Shown here: positions 8,440-20,000 of the stretch, piece by piece
Layout: each line of letters opens with the position of its first letter
Position numbering within the stretch: position 1 is the stretch's first letter
Origin: a bacterium
GTDB taxonomy: Bacteria > Krumholzibacteriota > Krumholzibacteriia > LZORAL124-64-63
Direction: 5' to 3'
Length of the DNA stretch: 64,000 nucleotides
NCBI GenBank assembly: GCA_031441465.1
Contig: JANOEP010000009.1
Span: 122,149 to 186,148, forward strand
The notes under the pieces: generated by a model
Seen by the model: only the letters and a program-made list of their open reading frames with translations
Database searches by the model: none
Told to the model about the DNA's origin: nothing
Program-made: the position numbers and the translations under genes

Positions 8440-9192
8440 CTAGCGGCCGCCCGCCACCTTCAGCTGGGTGTCGAAGACCTTGCGCCGCGATTTGGCGAGG
8501 TCGACTTCCTTGGCCGACAGGTCCTTGAGGCGGTCCGCTTCCCGGATGCGGGCGTCGAGAGTCTGGCCCTCGTACTGCCGGATCTCGAGTTCGGCGGCCT
8601 GGAGCTGGGTCATCAGGGTCGCCGAGAGGGTCTGCAGCAGCAGCGCGTTGCGCTCGTTCCGCTTGGCGGCCAGCTTCATCTCCTCCTCGCAGGCCCGGGC
8701 CGACGCCGTCGCGAGTTCCACCAGCGCCTTGGCGTGGTCGACTTCCCGCGCGCGCAAGTCGGCGCGCCGCTCCAGGAGCTGCTTCTCCAGCTCGGCCTTC
8801 TTCTTCTGCCCTTCGAGGTCGAGCTTGCGGATCTCGTCCTTCTCCTTCTTGGCCAGATCGAGCCGGCTCTTGACGGCGTCGAGTTCGCTCTGCTTCAGGC
8901 GGATGCGCATCTCGGAGCGGGCCTTCATCGCCATCGCCCGCTGCAGGTGCATCTCGCCCTCGGCGCGCTGGGTCTGGGCCGCGCTCATGTCGGACTGGAT
9001 CTCGGAGATGTCGCGCAGCGCGACCAGCGCGAGCAGCGAGTCGGCGGCCGCATCGAACGCCTGCAGCGTGGGCAGCGGGGCGGGCGCGGACGACAGCGCG
9101 CCCTGCGCGACGGCGCCACCGGCGGCGCCGGCCACGACGGCCGCCAGCATGAACAGCGACAGGGATCGTCTCGAATTCCAAGCAACCAACAT
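8440..9192 (-). CDS. exported coiled-coil hypothetical protein
   Basis: ATG 9192 with GGAGG; hydrophobic N-terminus, then a long A/E/K/L/R helical region. Confidence 0.65.
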   Translation of the reverse strand: MLVAWNSRRSLSLFMLAAVVAGAAGGAVAQGALSSAPAPLPTLQAFDAAADSLLALVALRDISEIQSDMSAAQTQRAEGEMHLQRAMAMKARSEMRIRLKQSELDAVKSRLDLAKKEKDEIRKLDLEGQKKKAELEKQLLERRADLRAREVDHAKALVELATASARACEEEMKLAAKRNERNALLLQTLSATLMTQLQAAELEIRQYEGQTLDARIREADRLKDLSAKEVDLAKSRRKVFDTQLKVAGGR

Positions 9193-9284
9193 CTTCCATC
9201 CTCCCGGTAATGGTGCAGCCATGGCGAACGCCTCCGTTCGAAAACCGACGACCAAGATACGCATTTTCGCGCACCGGCGCACGC

Positions 9285-11456
9285 TCACTCCAAGAGCATG
9301 ACCCTCGCGGTGCGCGTCCCGCCGGGGGCCCGCAGCCGCAGCAGGTAGGAGCCCGCCGCCGGGGACGCGCCGGCGGCGCGCCCGTCCCAGACCGCCGTGT
9401 GGCGCCCCGCGATCAGGTCCCCCTCGAACAGCACCGCGACGCGGCGACCGCGCAGGTCGAAGGCCTCGAGCACGGCGCGCCCGTCCACGGGCAGGTCAAA
9501 GCTCACGGTCGTGCGCGGGTTGAAGGGGTTCGGATACGCGCGCAGTGACGTGGCTGCGAACTGCGGCGGCTCCGCCGCCTCTGTCACGCCCTCGCGCACC
9601 TCGTCCAGGAACCAGAGCGCCGACTCGGGCGTGATGCTCACGTGCTCCTGGTTCTGCAGCGGCACGTGGAGCGCGTCGAACGAGGTGCGGCTCATCAGGT
9701 CGGGATCCGCGAGCACGTCGTGGTTCGGCCCCACGCCGGCGAGATCCAGCGCGCTGACCGTCGGTACGAAACAGTGGTGGCCGAAGAGCGCCTCGATGTC
9801 GCCGTAGGGCACGCTGGTGGTGTCCATCTGCGCCATCGACGCGCGCCAGCCGCCGGGTGCGCCGTCCCAGGCGACGGCGCCCGAGATCGTCACGTTCTGG
9901 TAGGTGTCCGGCAACGGCCAGATCACGTTGAGCTCTCCCTGGAAGATGCGCGCCGAGGTCTGCTGCGGCACTGCCCACACGTTGCCCTTCACGTCCAGCA
10001 GGAACGAGTAGTACTCGTAGCGGATGATCTGCTGGCCGGGGACGAAGCCCTGGCCCACGACGGCGCCCGAGCCGTTCGCCACCGCGACGCGGCGGCAGGG
10101 CGGCAGGCCGACCGCCTGCAGGTCGGCCTCGAAGGCGGCGCGCAGCGGGTCGGCGGCGGCCGTGGTCCCGCTCGTGGCGAGGTGGTGCTGCAGCAGCAGC
10201 TGGCGCGCGGCGGGCGTGTCGAGGCGGCTCAGCAGGAAGGCCGCGGACTCGGAATCGTCCTGGAAGAAGTCGAGCCAGTGCTGCAGTCCCAGCGGGATGA
10301 CGGCGCCGCGCTGCGGGGAGTCGAAGGCGATCCAGGTGCGCACGCCGGCATCGATCTGCTGCTGCGCCAGCCAGCCCAGGGCGTAGTGCGAGACCAGGCC
10401 GCCCATGCTGGCGCCGATCAGCGCGCTGGTGCGCTGCGGGCCGACGGCCGCGCGGACCATCCCGAGCAGTTCGGTCAGCACGAAGGCGTTGCGCTGGATG
10501 GGCGCGGTGGCCGACGCGAAGTCCAGCACCACGGCGTCGTAGCCCTCGGCACGCAGGTTCTCGATGAGCTGCTCCTGGTTCAGCAACGCGTAGAGCGCGT
10601 CCCAGCCCATCGTGTCGTCGAGGTCGAAGCCCTCGACCACGACCACCGGGTTGGCCAGCTGGGTGTGGTTGTCGGCGAGGTAGATGTAGGCCGAGCCGGC
10701 GCCGGCGACGCCTTCGTAGGGCACGCTCGCAGTGACGGCCCAGGTCGCGGTCGGCTGCGGGGTCTGCAGGGCGGCGACTTCGAACTGGAAGGCGGCGTGG
10801 CGTGCGACGCCGTCGGCGGCCGTGGCGCGGAGGCGCACCGTGCGCGCGCCGGTTGCGGCGTAGCTCACTTTGAGCCGGCCGTCGTGGCCGACGGGGCGCC
10901 AGCCGCCGCCGTCGGCGGGGTCGACTTCCAGGCGCGGCGGCAGGCCGCCGACGGACCAGTCCGGGGAGAAGGCCAGTTCGATGCGGGCGCCGTGGTAAGT
11001 CACGGGGCGCAGCGCTGCGGCCGCGAAGACGCGGCCGCTCTCGACATCGGCGCGGTCCCAACGCTGCCGGTCGCGCGGCGCGTCGGGGCGCAGCCGATCG
11101 TAAACAGCGTCCAGCAGGGCGACCGGCACGACCTCGGGTGGGGCGCTCTCCAGGGCGCGCCGCTCCAACTCGCGCGGCTCGGGCCAGCCGCGCTCGACGA
11201 GGCTGGCGCGGCGCAGCTCAAAGAGCATCTGGCGCCAGAGGCCGGTCGTGGCCGGCGGCGCTTCCGGGGCGCCGGTGAAACGATCGAGACCGGCCAGGGG
11301 GGCGGCCAGGTCGAGGAGCGTGCCGGTGGGGACGTCGGCGGCGGTCAGGCCGGACGGGAGGGCGGGCGTCGCCGCGGGGGGACGCGCAGCGGTGGGAGCG
11401 ACCATCGCCAGGCACACGATGAGCAGGGCGCTGATGGAGATCCGGATTCGGGGCAT
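9285..11456 (-). CDS. secreted alpha/beta hydrolase with C-terminal FlgD-Ig sorting domain
   Basis: Signal peptide; VEGFD, GASMGG nucleophile elbow, FDSPQRGA; C-terminal YPNPFNP...RVMLLE. Confidence 0.8.
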   Translation of the reverse strand: MPRIRISISALLIVCLAMVAPTAARPPAATPALPSGLTAADVPTGTLLDLAAPLAGLDRFTGAPEAPPATTGLWRQMLFELRRASLVERGWPEPRELERRALESAPPEVVPVALLDAVYDRLRPDAPRDRQRWDRADVESGRVFAAAALRPVTYHGARIELAFSPDWSVGGLPPRLEVDPADGGGWRPVGHDGRLKVSYAATGARTVRLRATAADGVARHAAFQFEVAALQTPQPTATWAVTASVPYEGVAGAGSAYIYLADNHTQLANPVVVVEGFDLDDTMGWDALYALLNQEQLIENLRAEGYDAVVLDFASATAPIQRNAFVLTELLGMVRAAVGPQRTSALIGASMGGLVSHYALGWLAQQQIDAGVRTWIAFDSPQRGAVIPLGLQHWLDFFQDDSESAAFLLSRLDTPAARQLLLQHHLATSGTTAAADPLRAAFEADLQAVGLPPCRRVAVANGSGAVVGQGFVPGQQIIRYEYYSFLLDVKGNVWAVPQQTSARIFQGELNVIWPLPDTYQNVTISGAVAWDGAPGGWRASMAQMDTTSVPYGDIEALFGHHCFVPTVSALDLAGVGPNHDVLADPDLMSRTSFDALHVPLQNQEHVSITPESALWFLDEVREGVTEAAEPPQFAATSLRAYPNPFNPRTTVSFDLPVDGRAVLEAFDLRGRRVAVLFEGDLIAGRHTAVWDGRAAGASPAAGSYLLRLRAPGGTRTARVMLLE

Positions 11457-11551
11457 GGCGCATCCTCCGTGGTGATTCAGCAGCGTGCGCGGAAGCGCGC
11501 GCTCTCATAGAGTAGCATATATCGGAGCGTATTCATCTGCGAACCGACAGA

Positions 11552-12571
11552 TCAGCAGACCGGGTCCCGGGCGGCAGCCTTCAGCAACTCCTCGCGCTCG
11601 TGCAGCGAGCGGTGACAGCGACTGCACAGGGTGACGAGATTGTCCAAGACGGTGGGGCCGCCTTCTCCGGCGGGTGTGCGGTGGTGCACCTGGAGGTGCT
11701 GGGTGCGGCCGCAGCGATCAGCCTGGCAACGATACCCGTCGCGGGCCAGGACGAGGCGGCGCAGTCGGGGGGGCACGGCCTGGCGCAGGCTCCCATCGGG
11801 ATGCTGAATCTCGGCCTCGCACCTCGCGCGCGCGATGAGCGGCCGCGGCACGGCCAGGTCGCCGCGCGACGTCGCGACTTCGGCGCTCCGGCAGGTCGGA
11901 CATTCCTGGATGACGAAACGGAAACCGATCGTGCCGCCTCCCTGCTCGAGAGCGTCGACCAGGTGTTCGTCGAGCGGTGCGCCCGGCTTAACGGCTCGCG
12001 CCTCGGCGAGCCAGGCTTCCCAGAGCGCGAAACGGCCCTCGCGGAAGGCGATCGTGACGAATTGCGGCTTGGAGTCGGGTGCCGGCGGCTCCGCCGTCGG
12101 CAGTGGCGGCGGCACCGGCAAGCCCGTCGCCGCCCACCCGCCCCGTGCGATCGGCTTCGGCGCGACGGGCGTGGCCGTTCTCCTGATGACCTCGGCCAGG
12201 GCGCGCACCGATAGGCCCCGAGCCGTCTCGATCCAGTCGTGCTCGGTCGCGGGCGTCGCGGCCCGGCACAACAGTTTCGCCTGTGACCAGCTCAACTCCC
12301 CGCTTTCGAGCCCCACGGTGACGCCAGGCAGCATCGGCAGCCGGCGTGCCAACGCCAGGAAGCTCATGCACTGATCGCGCGTCAGCCCCGCCTCGGCGGC
12401 GGCGTAGTCCGCGATCGTGACGTAGCCCAACACGTGATGAACTTTGCGGTATTGGATCTGGAGCAGGTAGTGGCAACTGCGCACCAGCCCTCGCTTGAGC
12501 TGTCCGACCGATTCTACGAAATTGCGATGGAGAGCTAATTCCGCCGGGGTCGCCGTTGCGGTGTTCGGCAC
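11552..12571 (-). CDS. HNH endonuclease domain protein (DUF222-like N-terminus)
   Basis: RDGYRCQ..C....LQVHH......GG.T..DNLVTLCSRCH; additional CPTC. Confidence 0.8.
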   Translation of the reverse strand: MPNTATATPAELALHRNFVESVGQLKRGLVRSCHYLLQIQYRKVHHVLGYVTIADYAAAEAGLTRDQCMSFLALARRLPMLPGVTVGLESGELSWSQAKLLCRAATPATEHDWIETARGLSVRALAEVIRRTATPVAPKPIARGGWAATGLPVPPPLPTAEPPAPDSKPQFVTIAFREGRFALWEAWLAEARAVKPGAPLDEHLVDALEQGGGTIGFRFVIQECPTCRSAEVATSRGDLAVPRPLIARARCEAEIQHPDGSLRQAVPPRLRRLVLARDGYRCQADRCGRTQHLQVHHRTPAGEGGPTVLDNLVTLCSRCHRSLHEREELLKAAARDPVC

Positions 12572-12830
12572 TGTTCTTCGTCCTTATTTGATGAATTGTC
12601 GGCGCCAGGACGGGACGTCCCGATGATTTCTGACCAAACATCTAGCGGGATTCGTGCCGAATTCCCGTCACCGGCTGAAACCCAGCCACGCGCATCACGT
12701 TGTAGTCGGATCGACCCGGCCCCGGCCGAACGACGTTGTCAAATGCGCGCCGAAACAGGATCTTGTCCCGGTCTCCCGTGATGTGCCCCGCTACGGGACG
12801 GACGACCACCAGTGAAGGGACCGCAGACCG

Positions 12831-13925
12831 ATGACGCCTAAGAGATTCCCCCGCATCTTCCTGCTCGTCCTCGCCCTGGCGCTGCTGGCCGGCTGCGGCA
12901 GCAAGAACCCCGCCCCCGCCGGCGAGCAGGCCGCGCCCGGCTCCGCGAACGCCCAGCCCGACGAACCCGCCGTGCCGGTCGCGGTGGCCCCGGCCGAACT
13001 GGGCTCCATCGCCAGCTACTACAAGGCGACCGCGACGCTCGAAGCCGAGAAGGAGGCGCAGGTGCTGGCCCGCGTCGCCGGCGTGATCGCGTCGCTGTCC
13101 GCCGAGGAGGGCGACCAGCTCGGGGAAGGGGCGCCCCTGCTGCGCGTCGAGAACGGCGAGTACCGGCTGCGGGCCGACCAGGCGGCGGCGGCCACGGCGA
13201 ACCTGCGGGCGCGGTTCGCGCGCCTGACGGCCATGCGCGACGAGGGTCTGACCACCGACGAGGAGTTCGAGGCCGCCCGCAGCGAGCTGGCCCGGGCCGA
13301 GGCCGACGAGGGGCTCGCGCGTCTGGACCTCTCCTACACCGACGTGGTCGCGCCCTTCGGCGGGCGCGTCACGCGCCGCTGGGTCGGCGTCGGGCAGAAC
13401 GTGTCGGTCGGCACGCCGTTGTTCACGCTGGCCGACTTCAATCCCCTGCTGGCGAAGGTCCACGTCCCCAGCCGCGAGTTCAACAAGCTGCGGCGCGACC
13501 AGGACGTCGAACTGGTCCTGGACAGCGGGCGCCAGCGCGTGCGGGGGCGCATCAAGCTGATCAGCCCGGTCATCGACCCCGCCAGCGGCACGATCAAGGT
13601 CACGCTCGAGATCCCGTCGTACCCCGAAGGCACGCGCCCCGGCGATTTCGCCCAGGTGCAGATCGTCACCGAGCTGCGCGAGGGCGCGGTGCTGGTGCCG
13701 CGGTCGGCGGTGCTGACGGACAAGGGAGAGACCGTCGTCTACGTGGCGGCCGGCGACGGCGGCGCGTCGGCCGAGCGCCGCGTCGTCGAGGTCGGCTTCA
13801 CCGACGACGAGCGCGCGCAGATCGTCGCCGGGCTCGCAGCGGCGGAGCGGGTCGTGGTCAAGGGGCAGCGCTCCTTGAAACACGGGTCGAAGCTGAAGAT
13901 CCTCGATGAGAAGGCCGGTTCCTGA
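12831..13925 (+). CDS. RND efflux periplasmic adaptor (lipoprotein)
   Basis: LAGC lipobox; APFGG, ISPVIDPASGT, VVVKG. Confidence 0.9.
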   Translation: MTPKRFPRIFLLVLALALLAGCGSKNPAPAGEQAAPGSANAQPDEPAVPVAVAPAELGSIASYYKATATLEAEKEAQVLARVAGVIASLSAEEGDQLGEGAPLLRVENGEYRLRADQAAAATANLRARFARLTAMRDEGLTTDEEFEAARSELARAEADEGLARLDLSYTDVVAPFGGRVTRRWVGVGQNVSVGTPLFTLADFNPLLAKVHVPSREFNKLRRDQDVELVLDSGRQRVRGRIKLISPVIDPASGTIKVTLEIPSYPEGTRPGDFAQVQIVTELREGAVLVPRSAVLTDKGETVVYVAAGDGGASAERRVVEVGFTDDERAQIVAGLAAAERVVVKGQRSLKHGSKLKILDEKAGS

Positions 13926-16900
13926 TGCGCTCGCTGGTCGATTTCGCCGTCCGTCGCCGGGTCAGCGTCGTGATGGCGACGCTGGCGCTGATCGTCTTCG
14001 GGATCGTGGCCTACAACCGCCTCGCGCTGGAGCTGTTCCCCGACATCACCTACCCCTCGCTCACGGTGCGGACCGAGTTCCCCGACACGGCGCCCCAGGA
14101 GGTGGAGAACCTCGTCACGCGGCCGGTCGAGGAGGCCGTCGGCGTGCTGCGCGGCCTGCAGTCGGTCCACTCGGTCTCGCGGCCCGGCATGTCGGAGGTC
14201 ACGCTCGAGTTCGAGTGGGGCGCGGACATGGACCTGCTGTCGATGGAGGTCCGCGAGAAGCTCGACCGGCTGGTCCTGCCCGCCGAGACCAGCGACCCGG
14301 TGGTGCTGCGCTACGACCCCAGCCTCGACCCCATCGTCCGGCTCGCGCTCTCGGGCACCGACGACCTGACCACGCTGCGCCGGCTCGCCGACAAGCAGCT
14401 CAAGCAGGACTTCGAAACGATCGCGGGCGTGGCCGCGGCGCAGATCAAGGGCGGCTTCGAGGAGGAGATCCAGGTCGACGTCGACCAGGACCGCCTCGCG
14501 GCCCTGGGCCTGCCGCTCGAGGACGTGCGCCAGGTCCTGGGCGTGGGCAACGTCAACCTGCCCGGCGGCGCCCTGCGGGGCCGGGACGACCAGTTCCTGA
14601 TCCGCACCATCAACGAGTACGACGACATCGGCGAGATCGCCGACCTGATCGTGCGGCGCGACGAGCGCGGCACGGTGAGGATCGGCGACGTGGCCGAGGT
14701 GCGGCGCGGCGTCAAGGAGCGCGAGGAGATCACGCGGGTCGACGGCGCGGAGTCGGTGGAGATCTCCCTCTACAAGGAGGGCGACGCCAACACCGTGACC
14801 GTGGCCGGGCGCCTGCGCGAACGCCTCGACGCCTGGCAGGACGGCAAGCTGCCCCCCGGCGCGCGGCTGACCGTGCTGTTCGACCAGTCGCTCTTCATCC
14901 AGCAGTCCGTCGACGAGGTGAGCGACGCTGCGCTGGTCGGCGGCCTGCTCGCGATCCTGGTGCTCTTCCTGTTCCTGCGCGACCTGCGCAGCACGCTGAT
15001 CATCGCCACGACGATCCCGATCTCGGTGATCGCGACCTTCATCGTGATGTACAAGCTCGACATCACCATGAACGTCATGTCCCTGGGCGGGCTGACCCTG
15101 AGCATCGGCATGCTCGTGGACAACTCGATCGTGGTATTGGAGTCGATCTACCGCCGTCGCCGCGACGGCGCCAGCCTCTACCGCTCGGCGGTGGACGGCA
15201 CCACGGAGGTCGGCGCGGCGGTGATCGCCTCGACCCTGACCTCGGTCGCGGTGTTCGTGCCGATCGTGTTCGTCGAGGGCGTCGCCGGCCAGCTCTTCCG
15301 CGACCAGGCGCTGACCGTGACGTTCGGCCAGCTGATCTCGCTGCTGATCGGCGTCACGCTCATCCCCATGCTGAGCGCGGCGGGCGCGAAGCTGCCGAGC
15401 GAGGCCGAGCGGCGCCGCGCCGCGGCCGCCGGCCCCGGCGGCGACGACATCGGCGACGAGTACCTGATCCCCGCCACCACGACGATGACGCTCGGCCGCT
15501 TCTCCCGGCGCTTCGACGCCTTCCTGCGGGCCTCGCTACGCCGCCGGTGGCTGACGATCGGGGCCGGGTTCGGGCTGTTCGCCCTGACCATGGCCGCGGT
15601 GCCGCTGCTCCAGATGGAGCTGATCCCCCAGCTGAGCGAGGGCGAGTTCTTCTTCGAGGCCACCCTGCCCGAAGGCGCCTCGCTCGCGGCGACGGACCGC
15701 GCCCTGCAGGTCATGGAGCGGGCGGCCGCCGCCGAGCCCGCGGCGGCGGTGCGGTACGCGACGGTCGGCAGCCGCCTGGTCTCGGGCGGGCTGTCGGTGA
15801 ACACCCGGGCCGAGAACCTCGGCCAGCTCAACGTGGTGATGAAAGACCGCGGCGACGAGGTCGCCGAAGCGGCCGCGGCCGACCGCATGCGCGCCGCCTT
15901 CGCCGACCTGCCCGACCTCGAGACGCGCTTCGGCCGCCCTTCGTACTTCACCCTCAAGACGCCGATCGAGGTGATCGTGTTCGGCGACGACCTCGACGAC
16001 TTGCGCGCGTACTCCCTGGAGATCGCCGCGCGCGCGGCGACGGTGCCGGGCCTCGTCGACGTGCGCTCGTCGCTCGAGGCGGGCAACCCCGAGCTGCAGG
16101 TGGTGTTCGACCGCGAGCGGCTGGCCGCGCTGGGCCTCGACATGGGCCTGCTGTCCGAGACGCTCAAGAACCGCGTCCTGGGCGTGGTGCCGACCCGCTT
16201 CAAGGAAGAGGACCGGCAGATCGACATCCGCCTGCGCAACCGGGAGGACGACCGCCACACGATCGACGACGTGCGCAACCTGGCGTTGCCCGGTCCCGAC
16301 GGCGGCACCGTCCGCCTGACGTCCGTGGCCGAGGTGCGCGAGGACCGCGGCCCGGCCGAGATCCACCGCCTGCAGCAGCAGCGGGCGGCCGTCGTCTCGG
16401 CGAACGTCGACGGGCGCAGCCTGGGCGCGGCCGTCGCCGACGTCCGCGCCGCGCTGGCCGACCTGCCGCCGCCGCCGGGCCTGACCGTCGAGCTGGGCGG
16501 CCAGAACCGCGAGATGCAGGTGAGCTTCAACAGCCTGCGCTTCGCGATCATGCTGGCCGTCTTCCTGGTCTACCTGGTCATGGCGGCGACCTTCGAGTCC
16601 TTCCTGCACCCGCTGCTGGTGCTGTTCACGATCCCCATGGCCCTGATCGGCGTGGTGCCGGCGCTGCTGCTGACCGGCACGCCCATCACCGTCATCGTCC
16701 TGATCGGGGCGGTGGTCCTGGTGGGCATCGTGGTCAACAACGCCATCGTGCTCGTCGACGCCATCAACCAGCTGCGCCGCGCGGGCGTGCCGAAGCAGGA
16801 GGCGATCGTCCGCGCCGCGCACCTGCGCCTGCGGCCGATCCTGATGACGACCACGACCTCGGTGCTCGGCCTGCTGCCCATGGCCCTGGCCTGGGGCGAG

Positions 16901-17029
16901 GGGGCCGAGCTGCGCTCGCCGCTGGCGATCACCGTGGCGAGCGGCCTGATCCTCAGCACGCTGCTGACCCTGATCGTGATCCCGGCCGCCTACCTCGTCG
17001 TGCCCACGCGCATCGGCGACGAGCGCTAA
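13925..17029 (+). CDS. RND efflux permease subunit 1 (AcrB/MdtB-like)
   Basis: 1034 aa; GMLVDNSIVV, GIVVNNAI, RLRPILMT. Confidence 0.93.
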   Translation: MRSLVDFAVRRRVSVVMATLALIVFGIVAYNRLALELFPDITYPSLTVRTEFPDTAPQEVENLVTRPVEEAVGVLRGLQSVHSVSRPGMSEVTLEFEWGADMDLLSMEVREKLDRLVLPAETSDPVVLRYDPSLDPIVRLALSGTDDLTTLRRLADKQLKQDFETIAGVAAAQIKGGFEEEIQVDVDQDRLAALGLPLEDVRQVLGVGNVNLPGGALRGRDDQFLIRTINEYDDIGEIADLIVRRDERGTVRIGDVAEVRRGVKEREEITRVDGAESVEISLYKEGDANTVTVAGRLRERLDAWQDGKLPPGARLTVLFDQSLFIQQSVDEVSDAALVGGLLAILVLFLFLRDLRSTLIIATTIPISVIATFIVMYKLDITMNVMSLGGLTLSIGMLVDNSIVVLESIYRRRRDGASLYRSAVDGTTEVGAAVIASTLTSVAVFVPIVFVEGVAGQLFRDQALTVTFGQLISLLIGVTLIPMLSAAGAKLPSEAERRRAAAAGPGGDDIGDEYLIPATTTMTLGRFSRRFDAFLRASLRRRWLTIGAGFGLFALTMAAVPLLQMELIPQLSEGEFFFEATLPEGASLAATDRALQVMERAAAAEPAAAVRYATVGSRLVSGGLSVNTRAENLGQLNVVMKDRGDEVAEAAAADRMRAAFADLPDLETRFGRPSYFTLKTPIEVIVFGDDLDDLRAYSLEIAARAATVPGLVDVRSSLEAGNPELQVVFDRERLAALGLDMGLLSETLKNRVLGVVPTRFKEEDRQIDIRLRNREDDRHTIDDVRNLALPGPDGGTVRLTSVAEVREDRGPAEIHRLQQQRAAVVSANVDGRSLGAAVADVRAALADLPPPPGLTVELGGQNREMQVSFNSLRFAIMLAVFLVYLVMAATFESFLHPLLVLFTIPMALIGVVPALLLTGTPITVIVLIGAVVLVGIVVNNAIVLVDAINQLRRAGVPKQEAIVRAAHLRLRPILMTTTTSVLGLLPMALAWGEGAELRSPLAITVASGLILSTLLTLIVIPAAYLVVPTRIGDER

Positions 17030-17049
17030 TTGACGGAGGAGCCGCAGGC

Positions 17050-20000
17050 ATGACGCTGCCCGAGATCGCCATCAAGCGACCCGTCGCCATGATGATGCTG
17101 CTGGTGAGCATCGTCCTGATGGGTGCGGTCGCCCTGCTGCGGCTGCCGCTGGCGTTCATGCCCGACATCGAGGAGCCCGAGCTGTTCGTGCAGCTCCCCT
17201 ACGAGAGCGCTTCGCCCGAGCAGGTCGAACGCATGATCGTGCGGCCGGTCGAGGACGCGCTCGGCTCGGTCAAGGGCCTGCAAAGCCTGTGGTCGAGCTG
17301 CGACGGCGACGGCGGGCGCATCCGGCTGGGCTTCGACTGGGGCGCCGACCTGCACCTGGCCCGCACCGAGGTCTGGGAGCGGATCGACCGCATCCGCGGC
17401 GACCTGCCCGAGGACATGGGCGACATCCTGGTCAGCACGAGCTGGGACTCGCGGGAGTCGGACATCCCGGTCATGGAGGGCCGGCTCAGCTCGCCGCGCG
17501 ACCTCAGCGAGAGCTACGACCTGCTGGAGCGCAAGATCATCCGGCCGCTGGAGCGGGTGCCCGGCGTGGCCCAGGTCCGGCTCGACGGGGTCAACCCGCG
17601 CGAAGTGCGCATCAACCTGCGCCTGGCGGACCTCGAGGCCCACGGCGTGGACGTGCGCGACGTGTCGCGGACGCTGCGCTCGGGCAACTTTGACCAGTCG
17701 CTGGGCAAGATCGTCGAGGGCGACGCCCGCTGGACGCTGCGCACCGTGGGCACCCTGGCCGACGTGGAGCAGATCCGCGACCTGCCGCTGCGCGCCGACG
17801 GCCTGCGGCTGTCGGACGTCGCCGACGTCGTCTACCAGGAGCCGCCCCTGGAGTACGGCCGCCACCTCGACGGCGATTTCGCCATCGGCGTGAGCGTCTC
17901 GCAGGAGTCGCGCGCCAACACGGTCGAGGTATGCGACGCCCTGGAGGCCGCCATCGCGCGGATGGGGGACGACCCCGAACTGGAGGGCGTCAACTTCCTG
18001 ATCTGGTTCAGCCAGGGGCAGGAGATCCGCAAGACCCTGGGCGACCTGACCGCCACCGGCGTCTTCGGGGCCATCCTGGCCTCGGTGGTGCTGTTCGTGT
18101 TCCTGCGCCGGCTGTCCACGACCGTCGTCGCGGTGCTGTGCATCCCCTTCTCCCTGATCGTGACCTGCGGCGTCATCTGGGCCCAAGGCAAGTCGCTCAA
18201 CACGCTGACCCTGCTGGGGCTGATCGTGGGCGTCGGCATGCTGGTGGACAACGCCGTCGTCGTGATGGAGAACATCTTCCGGCACCGCGAACTCGGCGAG
18301 GACCCCGAGACGGCGTCGCGCGAAGGGGCGCGCGAGGTCTCCAACGCGGTCACCGCGGCCACGCTGGCCTCGGTCATCGTCTTCATCCCGCTGATCTTCA
18401 ACAAGCCCAGCGAGATGAACGTCTACCTCAAGGAGCTGGCGATCACGGTCTGCCTGGCCCTGCTGGCGTCGCTGTTCATCAGCCAGACCCTGATCCCGCT
18501 GGCGACCGCCCGCTACATCCGCTCCCAGCCGCGGCCCCGCGGCCGCTGGATGACGGGCGTGGAGCGCGGCTACGAGTCGCTGCTGCGCCTCAACCTGCGC
18601 CGCCGCTGGCTGGCGCCCGTGATCGGCCTCGCGGTCATCGCCTCGGCGGTCTACCCCTTCCGTCACATCGAGATGAACTTCGACGCCTCGCAAGCCGAGC
18701 TGTTCGTGCAGGTCAACTACGACTACAGCGAGGAGCTGAGCCTCGAGGGCAAGGAGGCCCTCGTCACGCAGGTCGAGCAGTTCCTCGAGCCGCACCGCGC
18801 CGAGCTGACGGCCCGCTCGATCTACAGTTTCTGGAGCGACGACTGGAGCATGACCCGCGTCTACCTCGAGGAGGGCGAGGCGGACGCCGCGAACATCGCC
18901 CGCGTGCGCGGCGTCCTGCGCGGCCTGCTGCCCGAGATCGCCGGCGTGAAGCTCGACGTGCAGGAGGAGCACCAGGGCTGGCGCCAGGGCGGCGGCCGGC
19001 GCGTCGCCTTCCAGATCGTGGGCGAGGACACAGAGGTCCTGATGCAGCTGGCCGACGAGGCCGTCCAGCGCGTGGCCGCGGTGCCCGGGCTGCTGGACGT
19101 GGGTTCGCGCGACCAGGCGGCCCAGCAGGAGCTGCACATCGAGCCCGACCGCGAACTGGTCGCCCGCTACGCCGTCTCGCCGGCCCAGGTGGCCGACGTC
19201 GTGGGCCTGACCTACCGCGGCCGGCGCCTGCCGCGCTTCCGCACCGAGAGCGGCGAACGCGAGATGCGCCTGACGCTCGAGGAGCAGAAGACCGAGAGCC
19301 TCTCCCAGCTGTCGAACCTGCCGCTGGTGACGGCCGGGGGCGAGAAAGTGCCCCTGGCCGCCGTCGCCGCCTTCGTCCAGAAGCCCGGCCGCGAGCGCAT
19401 CGAGCGCGACAACCGGCGCACCAGCGTCTGGGTCGGGGCCCGCTTCGAGGAAGGCAACAGCGACCGCTACCTGCCGCAGGTCACCGCCGCGATGGAGGGC
19501 ATGAGTTTCCCCTACGGCTATTCCTGGACCTTCGGTTCCTGGCAGGAGCGCCGCCAGGAGCAGTCCCAGGAGTTCCTGACCAACCTGCTGCTGGCGCTGC
19601 TGCTGGTCTTCGCGGTGATGGCCGGCCTCTTCGAGTCGGCGCGCCAGGCCCTGGCGCTGATGGTCTCGCTGCCCTTCGCCGCCGCCGGCGCCGTCTGGAC
19701 GCTCCACCTCACCGGCACCGACTTCGACCAGCCGGCGGCGGTCGGGCTGCTGCTGCTGATCGGCATCGTGGTGAACAACGGCATCGTCATGATCGAGCAC
19801 ATCAACCACTACCGCCGCCGCGGGATGGACCGCACCGAAGCCATGGTGCTCGGCGGCCGCGAGCGCCTGCGCCCGATCGTGATGACCGCCCTGACCACGC
19901 TGCTCGGCCTGCTGCCGATGGCGATCCAGAAGCCGTCGCTGGGCGGCGTCTATTACTATTCGATGGCCCTGGTGATCATGGGCGGCCTGCTGGTCAGCAC

